Part shown: piece by piece, positions 9,251 to 19,670 of the stretch
Layout of the letters: each line of letters starts with the position of its first letter
Numbering within the stretch: the first letter of the stretch is position 1
Origin: Candidatus Melainabacteria bacterium 17Bon1m
GTDB taxonomy: Bacteria; Cyanobacteriota; Vampirovibrionia; Obscuribacterales; Obscuribacteraceae
DNA length: 64,000 nucleotides
Assembly: GCA_032128875.1 (NCBI GenBank)
Contig: JAVLKG010000006.1
Location: 314,828 to 378,827, forward strand
Direction of reading: 5' to 3'
The notes under the pieces: generated by a model
The model's input: only the letters and a program-made list of their open reading frames with translations
Told to the model about the DNA's origin: nothing
Database searches by the model: none
Position numbers and translations under genes: made by a program

Positions 9251-11074
9251 GTGTTAAAAAACAGTCGCAGAAGTATAGTTTGTACCTGTCTTGCTACGTC
9301 GTTTTTCCTTCAAGCTAATGTGGCGTGCTTTGCTAGTGAAAGTGTTGCGGCTAGTTCGCCGTCGTCCGGCACCGAAGCGGCGCACAGTAATGTTGATTTT
9401 GGCGAACTCCCTATTGCTGACGATATGTTGGTTGCTGCTGCTGACTTGAAGTCAGTTACCGAGTCCACGGCAAAAAATTCAGATATTGCACCGAATGATC
9501 AAAAGCCCGACTATGGTGGTGACGAGCTGTTTGATGAAAAGGCTGGCGGAAAGCCTCAGAGCGAAGACACAGAGACAAACTCTAGTTCGGCTCCTGCTGA
9601 TAAAGCAACTAAGACGGCGGAGAGTAGTGCCTCCGATACGGACAAAACCATCAAAGTACAAGGGTCTGTGGGTGGTGCCGGACATCTGACTCGCCCTACG
9701 GCTATCGCACAATCATTTGGCGACAAAGTAATTTTGCGAGGAGATGCTTCCGTTACACCGAGCGAAGCGGCGCGGCAGGTCGATGATCTGACCAAGCAAA
9801 TACTTTTAAAAGAGATAGAACTGCAAAGGTACAACTTGCATTACACCATGGAAGTGGCTAAGCAAGGCCGCTGGAAAGGATGGCGTTATGCACTCTTCCA
9901 GGAAATAAATTCCGGCATGGGTTTGACTGGTTCGATTATCTCCACGTCAAACCGCGGACAAGCATTGCATAATGCTAAGCGAGTCAATCTGCATACTCAG
10001 CTGGCGGCAAACTACATTCCCATGATTGGATCTATCATTGGTGCCAGTGCGGCCGCCGGTGAATTTGGTATCAATACCTACCATGAAATGGTGGCGCGCT
10101 CGCATGGATTTTCGCCAACGGCAGCAGTAAAGAAAGTTCGTGGTCTGCAACAAGACATTGATTCATTGATCAATAAACGCGACGCTCTAATGCGAATTGA
10201 GGCTTCAGAGCCAAGCCTCCATGAGTATGTCACAGTAGATGATGTTGAAGGAAGAGTTTTGAAGGATATGCGTGACCAGTCGCTCATGGAATTCGAGCGC
10301 TTTCACCTTGGTGCGCGTAAAACGCTCGGCTTCCAACAAGCTCAGTACTTGTTTGACGTCGCAAAATACACGACAAATGCGATTGGCTGCAACTGGGCTT
10401 ATCTGTCCCTCGCTAATCACCATCGTATTTGGAACGGACGCGCAGGTGTGATGTTTGCGATTTCTGGTCAGTTGACTTGCTATGCACCTATTCTCAGCAG
10501 ACTGTTTGCTAAGGGCTATGGTGAGTTCACCAAAAAGGGAATGAAAGACATTCGCGAAGAAGCGCGCGAGACTAGCATGGCTAAGTTGTCTGCGGATCTC
10601 AATGACTTAAACCAGATCATCAAAAAGCATCAAGAACATAACCCTGAAGTTGCTACCACTGTTGTGATGCAGGGTGACTATGAAGCTCACGAGCGAACTT
10701 TCACGAAAGAAATCGATGCAGCGCAAAAGAAATCTGATGCGGCAAAACTTACTGCTACGCAGAACATCGGAGCCGGTTTGTTTGTCGGTGGTTTGAAAAC
10801 AGCATCAGGTGTGCTCTTCATCGTGCCTGGATTCAACCCCAATTACAACAAGTCCGATACGCGTTCGTCACGTGTCACTAACGACTTGTTGTTTACGACA
10901 GCTATCCTTGGATTACCTGCCGGTGTGTTTTCAATGCTCGACACTCTGCGAATTCAGGTTCGTGGTGAAATAAATCGACACAAGGCAGCCAAGGAAGGAA
11001 AACTTCCTGGACAACTAGCTGTAGCTCGCTTGAAAGAACTCGATCAGATGGAACGGAAGCTCAAGGCTTTGTAA
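9251..11074 (+). CDS. Exported hypothetical protein with low-complexity N-terminus and helical/hydrophobic C-terminal region
   Basis: 607-aa ORF with signal-peptide-like N-terminus. Confidence 0.75.
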   Translation: MLKNSRRSIVCTCLATSFFLQANVACFASESVAASSPSSGTEAAHSNVDFGELPIADDMLVAAADLKSVTESTAKNSDIAPNDQKPDYGGDELFDEKAGGKPQSEDTETNSSSAPADKATKTAESSASDTDKTIKVQGSVGGAGHLTRPTAIAQSFGDKVILRGDASVTPSEAARQVDDLTKQILLKEIELQRYNLHYTMEVAKQGRWKGWRYALFQEINSGMGLTGSIISTSNRGQALHNAKRVNLHTQLAANYIPMIGSIIGASAAAGEFGINTYHEMVARSHGFSPTAAVKKVRGLQQDIDSLINKRDALMRIEASEPSLHEYVTVDDVEGRVLKDMRDQSLMEFERFHLGARKTLGFQQAQYLFDVAKYTTNAIGCNWAYLSLANHHRIWNGRAGVMFAISGQLTCYAPILSRLFAKGYGEFTKKGMKDIREEARETSMAKLSADLNDLNQIIKKHQEHNPEVATTVVMQGDYEAHERTFTKEIDAAQKKSDAAKLTATQNIGAGLFVGGLKTASGVLFIVPGFNPNYNKSDTRSSRVTNDLLFTTAILGLPAGVFSMLDTLRIQVRGEINRHKAAKEGKLPGQLAVARLKELDQMERKLKAL

Positions 11075-11076
11075 GA

Positions 11077-12978
11077 CTATTTCTCTTTTGGGGTTTCAGT
11101 TGGGACTTCGGCGCCATAAGTTTTCCAAAACTTTTTCGCTTCGTCTTCCTTCTTGAGATTTTTCAGCTTCCAGTAGACATCTCTTACTCTTTCAACAGTC
11201 CGTGGATTGTCCTTTCCGAGGACCTTATCTAAAACTGCTATTTCTTGTTTGTAGTAGGGGATAGCGTCAGCGAGTTTTCCTTGCTGAAACAAGATATTTC
11301 CGAGTTGATTGTACGCGTTTGCGCAAGCGAGGTGATCTTTGTTTGGATATGCTTTTTCCACCAAAGGGATCAATGAGCGATCAACTTCTTCTGCTTTCGC
11401 AATCTCGTTCGCTCCACGGTAGGCCTGGCCCAATCGAAAAAGCGGAAGCAACGAGAGAGGATCTCCCTCACCTCTCGTTCTTACTTTTATTTCTCTCGAA
11501 AGGCGAGCCTCTTCGATAGCTTTACGATAGTTCTTCTCTTGAAGATAGATTTCGGCCATCCAATCATGCATTGAACCTCTTTCAAAATCTTCGCCGTGTT
11601 TTGCGTTGAGTTTCAGAGCTTCTTCAAAGGATTTTTTTGATGCGCCCCAGTTGGACATATTACTTTGAAGTTGCGCTAACTGCATGTAGATCAATTCCCG
11701 ATCGTGATCTGGCGCATTTCCAGCTTTTGCAGCTTTTAAAGCCTTTCTTAGCTCGATTTCCGCGCTGGCATAATTTGCTGGACCGTTATTACTGGTCATC
11801 TGCGCTGAGCGCGCGAGTGCATTCCAAGGCGCCGGTGCGAAAGTTTCTTTGAGCCTGGGACCGATAGTAAAAATTCCTACTGCTGTAGTTATAAGCGCAA
11901 AAGAGATAATTCCGAATTTTAGCGCTTGCTTCGGAGAAAGATGTCTCTCTAATTTTTTATATTTGTGTTTTGCGGGACCGTCGGGATTTTGAATGAATTG
12001 ATTCAGATCTTCGGCCGTCTGCCAGCGATCATTCGGGTCTTTCTCTAGACATCCTTGAATTGCGCTCATTAGTGTGCGAGCAGGATGTTTAGCGGGTTTT
12101 ACAAACTCTTGGTTGTTGTGCTTCATCAAGACTTCAAGTGCACTATCAGCAACAAAAGGAGGTTTGCCTGTTAGGCACTCAAACGCAACGCAACCAAGCG
12201 AATAAATGTCCGAGCGTGCGTCCGCATGTTTCCCCAAGCATTGCTCCGGGCTCATGTAGTGCGGTGTTCCAAACACCTCTCCTGTCTGTGTCAGGTTTGC
12301 CTGATTTTCTTCATCGACAAACTTTGCAATACCAAAGTCAACGATCTTGGGAATCTCTTCTCCGTTAACTTGAGCAAGAATTATATTCGCCGGCTTTAAA
12401 TCTCGATGGACGACACCTGCTTCGTGAGCATGTTTCAATCCCTCACAGATTTGGGAGATGATTTTCTTGGCTCTTTCTTCTCCAAGAGTTCCAGCTTGTT
12501 TGATCGCGTCCGAAAGAGGTATTCCATCAACAAAATCCATTACTAGATATGCGCCGTTATCGTCGTATCCGAATTCGCGCACGGTGGCAATGTTATTGTG
12601 ATTGAGTGATGTTGCCGTTTTTGCTTCTTGCTGAAACCTCATCGCCGCTTTCGCCTGCATGATGCCAGGCTTGATTAATTTGATCGCAACGATACGATTG
12701 AGCATCAAATGTCGTGCCTTATAGACGACACTCATCCCACCCTCACCGAGTTTTGAAATTACTTCAAAACGGCCGGCAATTATTTGGCCGATTATGGAGT
12801 CGTCCTGCAGAGGGCTCGATGGAAGACTTGATGAACGCTCATCGCCAAATGAAAGGGTTTCGGAGCCTGAAAATGTGTTGCTAGTCGAATCTAAAAGTTC
12901 TCTTTGAGCGTGTTGCGATTCATCTTGTCCAAGAACAAGATCGATCTTTTCTTGTTTCCTCAGGTCTTCCTTGCTCAC
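11077..12978 (-). CDS. Ser/Thr protein kinase (Hanks type) with TM and C-terminal TPR domain
   Basis: LGEGGMSVVY, VAIK, HRDLKPAN, DFG, GTPHYMSPE; TM helix; TPR-like repeats. Confidence 0.95.
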   Translation of the reverse strand: MSKEDLRKQEKIDLVLGQDESQHAQRELLDSTSNTFSGSETLSFGDERSSSLPSSPLQDDSIIGQIIAGRFEVISKLGEGGMSVVYKARHLMLNRIVAIKLIKPGIMQAKAAMRFQQEAKTATSLNHNNIATVREFGYDDNGAYLVMDFVDGIPLSDAIKQAGTLGEERAKKIISQICEGLKHAHEAGVVHRDLKPANIILAQVNGEEIPKIVDFGIAKFVDEENQANLTQTGEVFGTPHYMSPEQCLGKHADARSDIYSLGCVAFECLTGKPPFVADSALEVLMKHNNQEFVKPAKHPARTLMSAIQGCLEKDPNDRWQTAEDLNQFIQNPDGPAKHKYKKLERHLSPKQALKFGIISFALITTAVGIFTIGPRLKETFAPAPWNALARSAQMTSNNGPANYASAEIELRKALKAAKAGNAPDHDRELIYMQLAQLQSNMSNWGASKKSFEEALKLNAKHGEDFERGSMHDWMAEIYLQEKNYRKAIEEARLSREIKVRTRGEGDPLSLLPLFRLGQAYRGANEIAKAEEVDRSLIPLVEKAYPNKDHLACANAYNQLGNILFQQGKLADAIPYYKQEIAVLDKVLGKDNPRTVERVRDVYWKLKNLKKEDEAKKFWKTYGAEVPTETPKEK

Positions 12979-12985
12979 GAAAGGT

Positions 12986-13126
12986 TTACTGACCAGTAAG
13001 TGCTTTGGAAATCATGGTGCCGGCGAATGCCCAGACACCAAGAACGATAATTGCGATCCCCGCGAGTACCATCACAAGTTTGCCCCAGTTGGATGGTGGA
13101 TTTGGATCGTATGGATCTTCAGGCAT
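12986..13126 (-). CDS. Small single-TM protein immediately upstream of the kinase
   Basis: MPEDPYDPNPPSNWGKLVMVLAGIAIIVLGVWAFAG...; stop 7 nt before the kinase start. Confidence 0.55.
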   Translation of the reverse strand: MPEDPYDPNPPSNWGKLVMVLAGIAIIVLGVWAFAGTMISKALTGQ

Positions 13127-13264
13127 TTTGTTCACCTTTTCGCGGACGAACTTCAATCGAGACTCCATTCAAGATTATAGACCTCAGAATCTTAAAAGCG
13201 TTCAAAAGGTGCTAAAAATGACATGGGAGCCACAAGTGATTAGTTCTGGGATTGTTGTAAACTG

Positions 13265-13843
13265 GTGAGCTGCTTGGCTGAACAAGTTCAGAGAATAAGC
13301 GAAGAAGAGGCGCTTGCTGAAAGCAAGAGGGTGCTTCTCTTTGGGTTGCGATCAGAACTGGAAGCAGAAGAAAGCGTTCTCTGGTCGGAGCTAATGAGCC
13401 CTGACGTGCGACGATTGAAGCTTGTAAGGGGGATTGCGCTCGGTGCAATGGGAGTGCTTTTCATTTTGACGAGTACGCTGTCGTTGACAGGTCCAGAACC
13501 GACAGCTCTGAATGTTTTGATCGAAATTGTATTTGCTTTTTTCGCAATCAGGTTTGCTACTAAATTTCTTGACCAGAGTGGATTCAGTTTACACCCGAGA
13601 ATTGCGGTCCTGACAAACATGCGCGCTATAGAATGCGATAGCACCGGTGCGCAAACAATTGTTTGGTATACCGATTCCAATTTTGGAAACGTACAGGCGA
13701 ATCAGACAAGATTAGACTTGGGAGACTTGCTGTTCGCGAAAGACGATGAAGGCCGGATGTTTGGCTTCAAGGACGTACCAAACGCTGCTGTTGGCGCGGA
13801 AATTCTATTCCGTGCGCAGGCCAAAGTCCGCGCAAGAAAGTAG
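13265..13843 (+). CDS. Hypothetical membrane protein (2 TM plus possible bacterial PH-like domain)
   Basis: E..E..LW, two TMs, LTNMRAI, GDLLF, FKDVPNA pattern. Confidence 0.6.
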   Translation: MSCLAEQVQRISEEEALAESKRVLLFGLRSELEAEESVLWSELMSPDVRRLKLVRGIALGAMGVLFILTSTLSLTGPEPTALNVLIEIVFAFFAIRFATKFLDQSGFSLHPRIAVLTNMRAIECDSTGAQTIVWYTDSNFGNVQANQTRLDLGDLLFAKDDEGRMFGFKDVPNAAVGAEILFRAQAKVRARK

Positions 13844-13852
13844 AAGCAATGA

Positions 13853-14761
13853 TCATTTGCCGTAGAAGTCGGCTTCGATTCGTACTCTTTTGATGCCCTC
13901 GGGCAGCTGGTGTCTGAGTGCGCAGTGTTCGAGAGCGCTGCGAGCGGCATCGACAAACTGAAGACCAGACGCTTGATCTTTTGATTTGCCGAAATATACA
14001 GGCACCACTTTTATATTGGTGAATTGTCGGTCTCCATCGATTACAAATGTAGCCCGCGCAATTACTTCAACCGAATTGGCAACAGGTGACTTCCAGTTTT
14101 TCCACAATTCATCACATACAGCTACACGGAAAGCTGCTAACTGAGGTGCCATTGGTGTTCTGGCAAAGACCTTTTCTTGAAACCGCGTGTACACGCGATC
14201 TCCAAATCTGAAGTCTTTCTTCTTCTTCGTTGCTAATTCCATGGCTTCGCAAAGCTCTTCAGAAACATGTCCATCTATGTTGACTTGATGTGCGACTCTC
14301 CACAGTGCAGCTTCTGAACCAGAAGACGACAGTTGACCTATTCTGGCAACCGCACTCGAATATGCCGTATTAATCACGTGGTTGTAGTTGATAAACTTGC
14401 CGTCTAGCTCGTTGGAGTGAGCGTTGAGATTCGCCCATATAGCAAGCGTCGCAAGCTGGTTTGGGTCGGAGAGTCCGGCGACAATTTCTCCCGCAACTTT
14501 GTCGAGCAGCTTTTGGTGCTCTTGATACGAGATATCTTTCTCGCTTGCCTCAGCCAGTGTTACGATTTGCTGTTCAATCGCGTGCAATTTGGCGTCGCCA
14601 TATACGTCCGATTCGCCAGCGGCAAAAGTTGGGGCGACGAATAACATTACACCCAGTAAAAATCCGGAAAAGCTTGTCTTGCCGTATTTTTTCAACTTCC
14701 GTACTCTCTTTGAAGGCGTCAACAATGATACCGCAAGCGGACTGCCGCTGTTTTTGGGCAT
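13853..14761 (-). CDS. Exported hypothetical protein with TonB/TolA C-terminal-like domain
   Basis: Signal peptide ending PTFA; C-terminal NWKSP..ATFVIDGDRQFTNIKV..FVDAARSAL..LP pattern; start may be later. Confidence 0.6.
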   Translation of the reverse strand: MPKNSGSPLAVSLLTPSKRVRKLKKYGKTSFSGFLLGVMLFVAPTFAAGESDVYGDAKLHAIEQQIVTLAEASEKDISYQEHQKLLDKVAGEIVAGLSDPNQLATLAIWANLNAHSNELDGKFINYNHVINTAYSSAVARIGQLSSSGSEAALWRVAHQVNIDGHVSEELCEAMELATKKKKDFRFGDRVYTRFQEKVFARTPMAPQLAAFRVAVCDELWKNWKSPVANSVEVIARATFVIDGDRQFTNIKVVPVYFGKSKDQASGLQFVDAARSALEHCALRHQLPEGIKRVRIEADFYGK

Positions 14762-14796
14762 AAAGGAATAGGTGCCAAATCCGCAAAAGGTCTCCT

Positions 14797-17121
14797 GTGC
14801 CGCCTGTAGGGTGCGACTTGGTCAACAGTGTATACAACGAAGCCGCTGAGGATTCGGGGGATGAAGCCCCGAAAGAGCCCGTTTACCAGGGTGAGACGAC
14901 CCTTTGCCTGCCCACTGAGTCCCTGGAGGTATTGAAGCCGGGGACGGTACTGCTGGAAAAGTTCAAAATTCTAGAACTTCTTGGTCAGGGCGGAATGGGT
15001 AGCGTTTATAGGGTGGATCATCTGCTGATGAATCAGCAGTTCGCCCTCAAGTGTCTCAATAAATTCCAGACCGAAGATGCCGGGTGGCGGAGGTTTAAGA
15101 ACGAAGCCAAAGCTGCCCACATGCTGGACCACGCTAATCTAATCAAAGTGTACGAGTTCGGTCTTCTTCCAGGCGGTCAGCCTTTTTTCCTCATGGAGCT
15201 GGTGGAAGGGGTGACGCTTGCAGATGAGATCGAACGGCTCGGGCATCTGCCTGTAGAGCGCGTCATCAAGATTTTTATTCAAGTTGCTTTTGCTATCGGA
15301 TATGCGCACGACAATCGAGTTATTCACCGAGACCTCAAACCGAGCAATATTATGCTCGTGTCGAAGAAAGCTGAGAGTGACCCGGAAGTGGTAAAGGTTG
15401 TGGACTTTGGCATAGCGAAGCTGACCGGCGTTGATGAGTTTAACCAGCAGACTCTCACCAAGACCGGCGAAATATTTGGCAGTCCGCTTTACATGAGCCC
15501 CGAGCAATGCATGGGCATTGCGGTCGATCACCGCAGCGATCTTTATTCCCTGGGTTGCGTTTTATATGAAGCATTAACAAGTGCGCCGCCGTTCATGGGC
15601 GAATCGGCGCTATCGACAATGATGAAACATCAGTCTGAATTGCAGGCATCAATGAAAGAAGCGTCATTGGGAATGCATTTTCCTACGGCGCTAGAGAAAG
15701 TTGTTAATAAGCTGCTGGAGAAGGATCCACAAAACCGCTATCAATCCGCTGGTCAACTGGCGTCTGATCTCATTCATGTTGAAAGAACACTGAGCAATTC
15801 CGGCACGCAGGAAATAACTGACGAGAAGATTGAGCCATCTCCGAAGCCCTTCGCGAGACCTTTGAGCAAAGATGAGGAAGAGTTTCAACGTAAGGAGAAA
15901 CATTTACTTATAGCTGGAGTTGCGGCAGTTGCGTTCACGGTTGGTGTCCTTGCTCACAACCTGACTAGCCGCTTCATTATGTTCGATCATGTCAAATCAA
16001 CTACTTCCACAATGCCTGGTGTACCTGGACGTTCTGACCGCTCTATTCCAGACGAGTCGGATTCAAATTCTAGTCCCACTGCAGATGATTCAAAGCAAGA
16101 TTCTAATGCTAAAGCTTCTTCTTCCGCGGCTGACAGTAGTGCCGCCGATGGTGCGGAGTCGAAATTGCCGTGGTCGTATTTCAAAAATGACAAGCGTGTT
16201 TTTGACTTTCCCGCAAAGGTTTCTTTGGGAAAAATTGTTGTGGCTAATGGTGAAACCTATGATGCCACCGGAAAGGTTGAAGTGCCGAGGGAATTGCCAA
16301 TTGGTTTGATCGCCAATGATTACATTGTGAAGAACCTAAAATTGCTAGACCGCTTTAAACCTGATGAATTGGTTGTATTTGATTTCAATAAAAATAAGGA
16401 AGCTGGTCACGCCGCGTTTGAGAAAATCGGCACGATGACTAGCTTGAAAGCACTCAATCTTTACGATACTGAGTTTTTGAGTCGCGATCTGCCTATTCTC
16501 AAAAACTTGAATAAACTGCTCTATCTCAATCTCGGCTTTACTGGCGTTAGGTGTGATGAGGCGCTGAAGTTTGCGCCTAAATCTTTGAACAGCTTGGATC
16601 TCACCAGTTTGAAAGGCGGACATGAGGCGGTCAAGCTGCTGCATGGATTTCCTCATCTTCGGCACGTCTTACTGGTAAACACCAATATTGGTGATGATGA
16701 TTTGAAAGAGCTAGCCAAGACTGATAGGTTGCGAATTCTGGATGTCGCCTGGAATAAAGTGACAGATGTTGGAGTGGGGTATCTGACCAAACTTAAGAAC
16801 CTGGAATATCTCGATTTGTCAGAAACTGATGTTTCACCAGATGTTTGGAAGTCTGTTTCGCAAATTCAAAATCTGCGTAAAGTCAAACTGGCAAGATACA
16901 GAAGTCATCCCTGGCCGGCCGCTGCAATGCGCTATTTTGAATCTCAGATGCAAAAACATGCTCCGAATGTCGCCGTCATGTGGGTATATGAGGACAATTT
17001 GGATTTCATTACGGCGTCCACTGATTTGACCTGGTTGAATGAAGGTATGCATGCGCATACTTGCCCGTACTTATCGGATTTTAAAGATCCGTCCATGTTG
17101 GGACCGACACCCGACGAGTAA
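14797..17121 (+). CDS. Ser/Thr protein kinase with TM and C-terminal leucine-rich repeats
   Basis: LGQGGMGSVY, HRDLKPSN, DFG, GSPLYMSPE; LKNLEYLDLSET-type LRRs. Confidence 0.95.
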   Translation: MPPVGCDLVNSVYNEAAEDSGDEAPKEPVYQGETTLCLPTESLEVLKPGTVLLEKFKILELLGQGGMGSVYRVDHLLMNQQFALKCLNKFQTEDAGWRRFKNEAKAAHMLDHANLIKVYEFGLLPGGQPFFLMELVEGVTLADEIERLGHLPVERVIKIFIQVAFAIGYAHDNRVIHRDLKPSNIMLVSKKAESDPEVVKVVDFGIAKLTGVDEFNQQTLTKTGEIFGSPLYMSPEQCMGIAVDHRSDLYSLGCVLYEALTSAPPFMGESALSTMMKHQSELQASMKEASLGMHFPTALEKVVNKLLEKDPQNRYQSAGQLASDLIHVERTLSNSGTQEITDEKIEPSPKPFARPLSKDEEEFQRKEKHLLIAGVAAVAFTVGVLAHNLTSRFIMFDHVKSTTSTMPGVPGRSDRSIPDESDSNSSPTADDSKQDSNAKASSSAADSSAADGAESKLPWSYFKNDKRVFDFPAKVSLGKIVVANGETYDATGKVEVPRELPIGLIANDYIVKNLKLLDRFKPDELVVFDFNKNKEAGHAAFEKIGTMTSLKALNLYDTEFLSRDLPILKNLNKLLYLNLGFTGVRCDEALKFAPKSLNSLDLTSLKGGHEAVKLLHGFPHLRHVLLVNTNIGDDDLKELAKTDRLRILDVAWNKVTDVGVGYLTKLKNLEYLDLSETDVSPDVWKSVSQIQNLRKVKLARYRSHPWPAAAMRYFESQMQKHAPNVAVMWVYEDNLDFITASTDLTWLNEGMHAHTCPYLSDFKDPSMLGPTPDE

Positions 17122-17136
17122 GTAATGTCTTAGGAT

Positions 17137-17226
17137 GCCGGCAGGAAGCCGGAGCTCCCAGTAAAAGCCGGCGAGCCGCCGGCGCTCCCAGTAAAAGTCG
17201 GCGAGCCGCCGGCGCTCCCAGTAAAA
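17137..17226. repeat. Three tandem 30-bp REP-like palindromic repeats (a degenerate fourth follows to about 17265)
   Basis: Unit GCCGGCGAGCCGCCGGCGCTCCCAGTAAAA with internal inverted repeat GCCGGCG-agc-CGCCGGC. Confidence 0.9.
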
Positions 17227-17271
17227 TGTCAGCTGTGAGCCGGCACTTCCAGCAAATGCTCCCAGGGGTTA

Positions 17272-17676
17272 ATGAAAGAGTCTGCAGGGACATTGTTATA
17301 TCGAAACGTCGATGGCAGCATCGAAGTATTGCTGGTTCATCCTTCGGGCAACTATAACAAGAAGGCGAAGTGGGGCATTCCCAAAGGATTACCAGACGAA
17401 GGTGAGAATTTTGAGCAAGCGGCGCGACGCGAAACGCTTGAAGAAACGGGAGTTGAAGCAGGGACGCTCAAGAGTTTGGGTTTTGTTGAATATACTAAGA
17501 GCCGCAAGCGCGTGCATTGTTTTTGCGGACCTGCTCCAGATGACGCCGCACCTCATTGTGCTTCGTGGGAAGTCGACAAAGCGGAGTTCGTCACACTGGA
17601 TAAAGCTAAAGACATAATTCATCAAGACCAAGGCGAGTTTATTACGAGATTAGAATCGTTGTTAGGCATCGAATGA
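17272..17676 (+). CDS. NUDIX hydrolase
   Basis: PKG.....E.....ARRETLEETG Nudix box; LLVHP. Confidence 0.9.
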   Translation: MKESAGTLLYRNVDGSIEVLLVHPSGNYNKKAKWGIPKGLPDEGENFEQAARRETLEETGVEAGTLKSLGFVEYTKSRKRVHCFCGPAPDDAAPHCASWEVDKAEFVTLDKAKDIIHQDQGEFITRLESLLGIE

Positions 17677-17734
17677 TATTTGAAAGTCGATTGATAGCGA
17701 TTGAAAAGCGATTTGAAAAACATTTTGAGGTTTT

Positions 17735-18580
17735 ATGGACTTAAAGGACTTGAGCGTCGCGGCCGAGAGATGTTTTGCAAAAATGCTGGGTGTGTACGAA
17801 CTTCAGCCCGCTGAAACCACCGATCCCGAATTTTTAGAACTCGGAAAACGATATGGTATCAAGTTTGTTACTGAGGACGAGCTTGATTGCTCCGACCTTT
17901 CCTATCACAAAGCGACTGACGATCAGTATCGCCGCGCAAAGGAAATGATCATTGAGGAGTTGTCGATTTACCCAAAAGAAGCGATTGAAAAAACGAGAAT
18001 TGAGCAAATTATTTTCTGCTCAAATCTAGTCGTCAGCAACAAACGCGCGGGCGGCACTTTAAAGGTCGGGCTACATTATGTGGATACGCTTTTCATAGAC
18101 TTGTCTGAGTTTCGCAATGAATTGCATGGTCGGCGAACATTGCATCACGAGCTATACCACGCAATTGATTTTCGCGACACCTGGCATGGGTACGTCGATG
18201 CGGAGTGGACACGAATACAAGGTCCGGAGTTTAGATACGAATTCGATGCTGCCGCTGAAATGCACCGGTTGATGGGAGAAAATCCGCAAGATGTAATGCC
18301 GAGAGAATTTGATGATCCATATAACAGGATGTCTGCGTTGGAATCGGCGACTCCTGGATTTATAACTGACTACGCGCGATATTCTGCAGCGGAGGACAAG
18401 GCTGAGGTTTTTTGTCACCTGATGGTTTCATACAAACAGGTTATGAAACGTGCTGCGGTTGATGCAATATTGAAGCGGAAAGTCGAACGCATGAAAGAGA
18501 TGCTAGTTGAATACATTCCTTCTATGGATGAGAAATTTTGGAAAGAAACAATTGCGAAGCGAAAAGTAGATTTTGACTGA
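17735..18580 (+). CDS. Putative zinc-dependent metallopeptidase (zincin)
   Basis: LHHELYH (HExxH) and downstream DYARYSAAEDKAE. Confidence 0.75.
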   Translation: MDLKDLSVAAERCFAKMLGVYELQPAETTDPEFLELGKRYGIKFVTEDELDCSDLSYHKATDDQYRRAKEMIIEELSIYPKEAIEKTRIEQIIFCSNLVVSNKRAGGTLKVGLHYVDTLFIDLSEFRNELHGRRTLHHELYHAIDFRDTWHGYVDAEWTRIQGPEFRYEFDAAAEMHRLMGENPQDVMPREFDDPYNRMSALESATPGFITDYARYSAAEDKAEVFCHLMVSYKQVMKRAAVDAILKRKVERMKEMLVEYIPSMDEKFWKETIAKRKVDFD

Positions 18581-18710
18581 GTTATCTGCCAATACTTAAG
18601 ACTTCATTTGATGTGCAGTGTTTGCTCTTTGTCTTAAGGCGCCCTTAACCGGTTGAGCCTGATAATCGGAACAACTGAGATGACAAACACAAGAAGAAGA
18701 CAAATGAAGA

Positions 18711-19556
18711 ATGAAGACTATCGTACCTGAAGACTGGGAAGTGCCTCCTCAAATTCGCGCTCGATTCGGAGACAGTGCCGGACGACAAAGAGCAATGACA
18801 GCGAATGGGCATCTGTTGCTGGTGTTGCACCAGCCGCCAGGACCAAACGACAGAGAGCGAGACGCTTGCCTTTTATGGCGCAGTCCCGAGGGCGTCTGGC
18901 AATGGACCAGCGATGGAACGACGACCAACTTGCTGAAGAGACACATTATGTCCTTCGCCTCCAAAGTAGAACAGTTGGAAAATCAATTGCAATCTGCTTG
19001 TTGCGCGGCAGATTATTTTGAATTGCTGCAAGCGATAACTCCGCTGCATCGAACCTGTCGCAACTTGCATGCGACACTCCAAACGGCGCGAGACATGGTT
19101 GTAGACGACAAAGATGTTATAGTGGCGCGCGACGCCGCTGGAGATCTCGAGCGAGCATTCGAACTTTTGCACAACGATGCGAAGAACGGATTGGACTTCA
19201 CCGCTGCGCAGAAGGCGGAGTTGCAGTCGCAGCGCAGTTATGAGATGGCGATGTCTGCGCACAGACTCAATTTACTTGCCGCATTGTTCTTCCCTGTAAC
19301 GGCAATCAGTTCAATATTCGGCATGAATTTCTCGTCTGGTTTGGAGACCATTCCAGGGCAATGGCTTTTCTGGGGAATTCTTGGCGGAGGGCTTTTAACT
19401 GGGATTTTGCTTACGCAGGTAATTGCCAAAAAACCAGCGCCCGTCGAACAAACTGGATTCCACAGTGGGGTCACGAAAACAAGTCTTAAACCCACACTAC
19501 GATCTAAAGTACGAAAACCAACAAAGTCAAATAGACCAAAAATTCCCGCGGTATAG
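18711..19556 (+). CDS. CorA-like divalent cation transporter family protein (short form)
   Basis: Helical domain followed by two TMs with P.T.ISSIFGMNF. Confidence 0.8.
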   Translation: MKTIVPEDWEVPPQIRARFGDSAGRQRAMTANGHLLLVLHQPPGPNDRERDACLLWRSPEGVWQWTSDGTTTNLLKRHIMSFASKVEQLENQLQSACCAADYFELLQAITPLHRTCRNLHATLQTARDMVVDDKDVIVARDAAGDLERAFELLHNDAKNGLDFTAAQKAELQSQRSYEMAMSAHRLNLLAALFFPVTAISSIFGMNFSSGLETIPGQWLFWGILGGGLLTGILLTQVIAKKPAPVEQTGFHSGVTKTSLKPTLRSKVRKPTKSNRPKIPAV

Positions 19557-19670
19557 ATTGCAACAAACCTATATCAAGGGAGTTACCGGCGAAAGTTTGT
19601 GCGGCATACCTGCTGTACGAAACCGTAACCGGGTGTTGTGACGTACTTCAGTGGGCAAAGAAGGTACTTA

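Noticed and set aside
17137-17265. Possible CRISPR array
   Set aside because: Repeats are head-to-tail with no unique spacers and there are no cas genes in the window.
17081-17293. 70-aa ORF with LLLGAPAARR repeats
   Set aside because: Translation artefact of the REP-like repeat; overlaps genes on the opposite strand.
17678-17725. Imperfect 10-12-bp repeats (ATTGAAAAGCG-like) before the metallopeptidase
   Set aside because: Irregular period and AT-rich; cannot be distinguished from low-complexity promoter sequence.
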